A stretch of 40,000 nt of DNA from Staphylococcus kloosii (GTDB taxonomy: Bacteria > Bacillota > Bacilli > Staphylococcales > Staphylococcaceae). The stretch spans positions 2,402,965 through 2,442,964 of the forward strand of contig NZ_CP027846.1 of assembly GCF_003019255.1 (NCBI RefSeq), read 5' to 3'. Made by a program: the position numbers and the translations under genes. The stretch's first letter is position 1. Every line of letters starts with the position of its first letter. Of this stretch, positions 36,368 to 40,000 are shown piece after piece. The notes beneath the pieces were generated by a model that searched no databases, was not told the origin of the DNA, and worked only from the letters and a program-made list of their open reading frames with translations.

Positions 36368-37186
36368 TTGAAAAAGTTAGCATTTGCAGTTACTGCTGCA
36401 TCAGGGACAGCTGCTATTTTAGCAAATCATGATGCACATGCATCTACACAACATACTGTAAAATCAGGTGAGTCACTTTGGTCAATCGCTCAAAAATATA
36501 ATACTTCAGTAGATGAAATCAAAAAGAATAATAATATTAGTAACAATATTGTATTCCCAGGACAAGTCATTGAAATTGGTGGTAGCGGATCACAAGACTC
36601 TAGCTCTAACACAACTTCAAACACTTCTTCTGAGGTGTCTGGCGGTTCAACTCATACTGTTCAATCTGGTGAAACTTTAGCAGTAATCGCTAATAAATAT
36701 GGTGTTTCAGTTGATGAATTAATGTCAGCTAACAACTTAAACAACTATATTATTCAACCAAACCAAACATTAAAAATTCCTGGCGCAGGTACTGCTGGTG
36801 GCGGTGCAGGTGGTGGAGACACTTCTACTAGCCCAGCACCAAGTCAATCTGCAAACAGTTCAAACCTTTATGACTGGGGTCAATGTACTTGGCACGTATT
36901 TAATCGTCGTGCAGAAGCAGGCAACCCAATCAGTACTTATTGGTACAACGCACAAGATTGGTATAGTAATGCAATTAACGAAGGTTATACAGTAAATAAT
37001 AGTCCTAGCGTTGGTTCTATCTTACAAACTAGCGAAGGCCCTGTAGGACATGTAGCTTATGTTGAACGCGTTAATCCAGATGGTAGTATTATGGTCTCAG
37101 AAATGAACTATAATACAGCACCTGGTACAGTTGGATACCGTACTATCCCAGCTTCTCAAGTTTCAAGCTATAACTACATTCACTAA
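36368..37186 (+). CDS. Secreted peptidoglycan hydrolase: signal peptide + 2 LysM + CHAP domain (SsaA/Sle1-family)
   Basis: It starts at TTG, 5 nt after GAGGAGGAG. The signal peptide ends AHA-ST. There are two LysM repeats ([16 protein letters not shown].., [16 protein letters not shown]..), a Gly-rich linker and a CHAP domain with the catalytic GQCTWHV motif. Confidence 0.9.
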   Translation: MKKLAFAVTAASGTAAILANHDAHASTQHTVKSGESLWSIAQKYNTSVDEIKKNNNISNNIVFPGQVIEIGGSGSQDSSSNTTSNTSSEVSGGSTHTVQSGETLAVIANKYGVSVDELMSANNLNNYIIQPNQTLKIPGAGTAGGGAGGGDTSTSPAPSQSANSSNLYDWGQCTWHVFNRRAEAGNPISTYWYNAQDWYSNAINEGYTVNNSPSVGSILQTSEGPVGHVAYVERVNPDGSIMVSEMNYNTAPGTVGYRTIPASQVSSYNYIH

Positions 37187-37214
37187 GAATGTGAAAACAT
37201 AATATATTATTAAA

Positions 37215-37258
37215 TACGTCAGAACATCTATTATTGAATGTTCTGACGTATCTTTTTA
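37215..37258 (+). terminator. Rho-independent terminator after the LysM/CHAP gene
   Basis: TACGTCAGAACAT (37215-37227) pairs with ATGTTCTGACGTA (37238-37250), followed by a T-run. Confidence 0.9.
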
Positions 37259-37263
37259 TTCAT

Positions 37264-37317
37264 TAAAAAACCATTGTTACTCAAAGTATCTTTCAACTTT
37301 AAATAACAATGGTTTTT
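37264..37317 (-). terminator. Rho-independent terminator after pitA
   Basis: CCATTGTTA (37271-37279) pairs with TAACAATGG (37304-37312), with A/T runs on both sides. Confidence 0.8.
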
Positions 37318-37346
37318 AATATATGTCTATTGATGATTATTTACAA

Positions 37347-38354
37347 TTATATAATTAAATTTACAATGTAGAAAATCAATGCAGCTAAAATTGCTGAAAT
37401 CGGTAAGGTTATAACCCAAGTTATAATCATACGTTGCGCAGTTTTCCACTTCACACCTTTAATACGGTTAGATGAACCAACCCCTAGTATTGAAGATGAT
37501 ACAACGTGTGTTGTTGATAATGGGAAGTGCAGTGATGATGCTACAAATATAGTTAAAGCAGAAGATAAGTCTGCTGCTGCCCCATTTGCTGGTCTTATTT
37601 TCATAATATTACCACCAACAGTTTTGATGATCTTCCAACCACCTACTGCTGTGCCTAGCCCCATTGCAGTTGCACAGGCAATTTTTACCCATAATTGTGG
37701 TTCAACACTTGAACCTGTTTGAATGTTTGCAACAATAAGCGCTAACGTAATAATACCCATAGACTTTTGTGCATCGTTCGTACCATGTGAGAATGATTGT
37801 AATGATGCAGTAAATATTTGGAAAAATCTAAAGTTACGATTTGTCTTTGTTAAATTTGCATTTTTAAATATAACTTTAACAATTGAATAAATGATAAAGC
37901 CGACTATAAATGCAATAACTGGTGATAACAATAATACTACGATAATTTTAGTAAATCCTTCGTAGTGTAATACCGCAAATGAGCCTTGCGACGCAATAGC
38001 TGCACCCGCGATAGAACCAATTAAAGCATGTGAAGAGGAACTTGGAATACCGTAAAGCCACGTAACTAAGTTCCAAATAATTGCAGCGATAATAGCTGAC
38101 AACACTACGACAAGTCCATTCTCAAGTTTGAATGGATCTACAATATCCTTCGTGATTGTACCTGCAACACCGGTAAAAGTTAATGCACCAATAAAGTTCA
38201 TTATTGCGGCAACAAAGATTGCAGTTTTAGGCGTGAGTGCTCTAGTTGAAACGGCAGTCGCTACAGCATTGGCAGTATCATGAAAGCCATTGATAAAGTC
38301 AAATAATAGTGAAAATATTACGATAGCTATAGTGACGATTAAAATATATTCCAT
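37347..38354 (-). CDS. pitA: Inorganic phosphate transporter, PiT family
   Basis: 335 aa with both PiT signature repeats (GFHDTANAVAT and GTNDAQKSMG). Confidence 0.93.
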   Translation of the reverse strand: MEYILIVTIAIVIFSLLFDFINGFHDTANAVATAVSTRALTPKTAIFVAAIMNFIGALTFTGVAGTITKDIVDPFKLENGLVVVLSAIIAAIIWNLVTWLYGIPSSSSHALIGSIAGAAIASQGSFAVLHYEGFTKIIVVLLLSPVIAFIVGFIIYSIVKVIFKNANLTKTNRNFRFFQIFTASLQSFSHGTNDAQKSMGIITLALIVANIQTGSSVEPQLWVKIACATAMGLGTAVGGWKIIKTVGGNIMKIRPANGAAADLSSALTIFVASSLHFPLSTTHVVSSSILGVGSSNRIKGVKWKTAQRMIITWVITLPISAILAALIFYIVNLII

Positions 38355-38367
38355 AAATTAGGACTCC

Positions 38368-38985
38368 TTAGCTATTTTTCATAATAATTGTTTCAAAATT
38401 ATTTGCCACGACTTGGCATTTATCAGCAATATCTTCTAAACTTTCATATATTTCTTTAATTTTAATTAATGTAATAGGATCTGTTTCGCTATTGAAAATA
38501 TGTTTGATAGATTGACGTAAAATACCATCACAATTAGTTTCAAATTCTTTAATGTTAATAGAATGTATACGCATGTGAGATAATTTTTTATCTACTAATA
38601 ATCCTACAGCTAACTTCATTTCAGCTACTGCTTTTTGGATATTATCAACAAATTCTGCCATATACTCATCAGTATATTCTATTGAGTACATTTCGAACAT
38701 GCCAGATGTTTCTTCAATTGCATCAAGCACATCATCAATTGCATTACATAAAGATAAAATATCTTCACGTTCAATAGGTGTAATGAATGTTTGATTCAAA
38801 TCTGAAATCACTTGATGCATTAATTCGTCACCGTGTGATTCATAAGTCTTAATATTGTCCGAATACGCTTTTAAGTCTAAGTGTGTATTAAAATCCATTT
38901 TTCCAAATTCAATCGCAGCGCGGTCTAGATTAAACACCATTTCCTCTAGTTGTACCATGAATTTGTCTTTTTTCTTATTAAACAT
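38368..38985 (-). CDS. DUF47 (PhoU-like, YkaA/PitR-type) Pit accessory protein
   Basis: 205 aa, an all-helical DUF47 pattern. It sits 13 nt upstream of pitA. GGAGG RBS. Confidence 0.85.
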   Translation of the reverse strand: MFNKKKDKFMVQLEEMVFNLDRAAIEFGKMDFNTHLDLKAYSDNIKTYESHGDELMHQVISDLNQTFITPIEREDILSLCNAIDDVLDAIEETSGMFEMYSIEYTDEYMAEFVDNIQKAVAEMKLAVGLLVDKKLSHMRIHSINIKEFETNCDGILRQSIKHIFNSETDPITLIKIKEIYESLEDIADKCQVVANNFETIIMKNS

Positions 38986-39325
38986 TCAATAAAATCCTCC
39001 ATTTACAGCGATCGTTAATAATCACCATCAATAAATTTAATAATTTAAAGCCTTAACAGCTAAACATTTGTCCCTCAGTTATTACAAATAAAAATAAATT
39101 ATATATGTAGTAAATTGTTCATTAAATGAATATTGCATACTACCTATAATACTAACTTTCAGAACTTGTTTTGCCTTATTTGAAAATAGCACAAAATTTA
39201 CAATACTACAATTGAATTTACAAATTCTTAACATTCATTTCATCAATTTAAAATACAACTTAATTCATTTGACAAAAACCTATTAATTTCGACTTTTACA
39301 AAGAAACAAATAGATAAGTTATAAC

Positions 39326-40000
39326 TTAATCTTCTGCATGTTGAGAAAGACGTTTTACAATATCGTTTTGTTCAGGGAACGTAAAGATAACTTCTGTCCC
39401 CTTATTTAATTCTGAGTTAATATTAACCGCTACTTTCAGAGCTTTTTTCAATTCATTTACTAAGTAAAGACCAATACCTGACGAAGCAGAATCATTGTGG
39501 AATGTAGTTGATGTAAATCCTCTTTCAAATATACGTGGTAAATCTTTAGCACTTATTCCTCTACCTTCATCTTTAATACTTAATGTGACGTGATTATTTA
39601 CTAGCGTAGCCTCTATGACAATCGTACTGTTTTCACTATATTTAATAGCATTTGATAATGACTGTCTAATCATCATGCGACATAATTTAGTATCAGTATA
39701 AATTTTCATCTCAGCATCGATTAATAAATCAAAACCTATACCTCTCGCCTGACTGATAAATCGCGTTAATTGAATTTCTTCTATTACTAGATTTCTTAAA
39801 GTTACATGTTCAAAATATAAATCTTTATTTTGAGATTGCATACGTGTTAAATACAGTTGCATATCTAACATAGCGTTAATACGTGACCACTCATACATTA
39901 ACGACTTCTTGCGCTCACTATCTTGCTCTTTATCAATTAACAATTTCATTGAAGTCACAGGTGTTTTTATATCATGGACAAAAGACGTTAGCGATTGCTC
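39326..40000 (-). CDS. graS: BceS-type intramembrane-sensing histidine kinase, GraS(ApsS) ortholog (C-terminal 225 codons; the 5' end lies outside the window)
   Basis: The frame is open to the window edge. It has the H-box [18 protein letters not shown] and an HATPase_c domain ([26 protein letters not shown]). It is very similar to remembered S. aureus GraS and syntenic with pitA. Confidence 0.8.
   Translation of the reverse strand, partial: EQSLTSFVHDIKTPVTSMKLLIDKEQDSERKKSLMYEWSRINAMLDMQLYLTRMQSQNKDLYFEHVTLRNLVIEEIQLTRFISQARGIGFDLLIDAEMKIYTDTKLCRMMIRQSLSNAIKYSENSTIVIEATLVNNHVTLSIKDEGRGISAKDLPRIFERGFTSTTFHNDSASSGIGLYLVNELKKALKVAVNINSELNKGTEVIFTFPEQNDIVKRLSQHAED

Noticed and set aside
39061-39090. 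Tiny ORFs in the graS-pit spacer, e.g. GAGGGA-caa-ATG TTT AGC TGT TAA and an 18-codon MQYSFNEQ... ORF
   Set aside because: SD spacing is too short (1-3 nt) or the SD is absent. The peptides have no hydrophobic or toxin-like character. They are likely chance ORFs.
39197-39233. PhoP-box-like hexamers TTTACA (39197, 39217) and TTAACA (39228) upstream of the DUF47-pitA operon
   Set aside because: Only one pair has the 11-bp phasing and the others are out of register. The hexamers are on the opposite strand to the operon, the region is extremely AT-rich, and Pit systems are not classically Pho-regulated.
1-40000. Search for a novel multi-gene system (defence island, toxin-antitoxin, CRISPR, retron/DGR-like repeats, phage or integrative element) across the window
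   Set aside because: Every ORF longer than ~90 codons falls into housekeeping, transport or regulatory families, or is a small membrane/stress protein. No nuclease, helicase, ATPase-of-unknown-function, reverse transcriptase, integrase or recombinase motifs were seen. There are no spaced direct-repeat arrays and no tRNA/rRNA. Gene order is syntenic with the S. aureus core genome. This is a negative result by eye only. A PADLOC/DefenseFinder and Rfam scan would be the decisive check.

Overview
This is a low-GC Firmicute chromosome, almost certainly a Staphylococcus. Gene content and order mirror the S. aureus core segment graS - DUF47/pitA - LysM/CHAP (ssaA-like) - uppP - cydDC-type ABC pair - mgrA - norA - fruRKA - mpfA - csbB-like GT2, read here right to left. 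Three differences from my memory of the S. aureus order suggest a coagulase-negative species: there is no vraFG after graS, no nagA after fruA, and no sae locus after the GT2 gene. I could not check these differences. I call 43 protein-coding genes, one of them cut by the window edge. They are tightly packed, with textbook Shine-Dalgarno sites, several re-assigned start codons and many clear rho-independent terminators. I found no rRNA, tRNA, CRISPR array, prophage, integrase, restriction/defence-type or toxin-antitoxin-like genes. The only mobile DNA is a 5'-truncated, multiply disrupted IS1182-family (IS1272-like) transposase remnant at 563-1346. I do not see convincing evidence for a novel multi-gene system, so this looks like ordinary housekeeping/core genome. 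The items worth a second look are regulatory or small-scale:
- An unusually structured 376-bp leader with a 4-codon mini-ORF and a sequestered SD in front of the mpfA-like Mg2+ transporter gene.
- Two strong SigB-consensus promoters driving uncharacterised genes.
- A perfect WalR box upstream of the LysM/CHAP hydrolase gene.
- A perfect 15-bp direct repeat in the fru control region.
- graS abutting the pit operon with no vraFG.
- A COG0523 metallochaperone operon without a Zur box.
All functional calls rest on motif and family recognition by eye plus remembered S. aureus synteny. No database search was possible.
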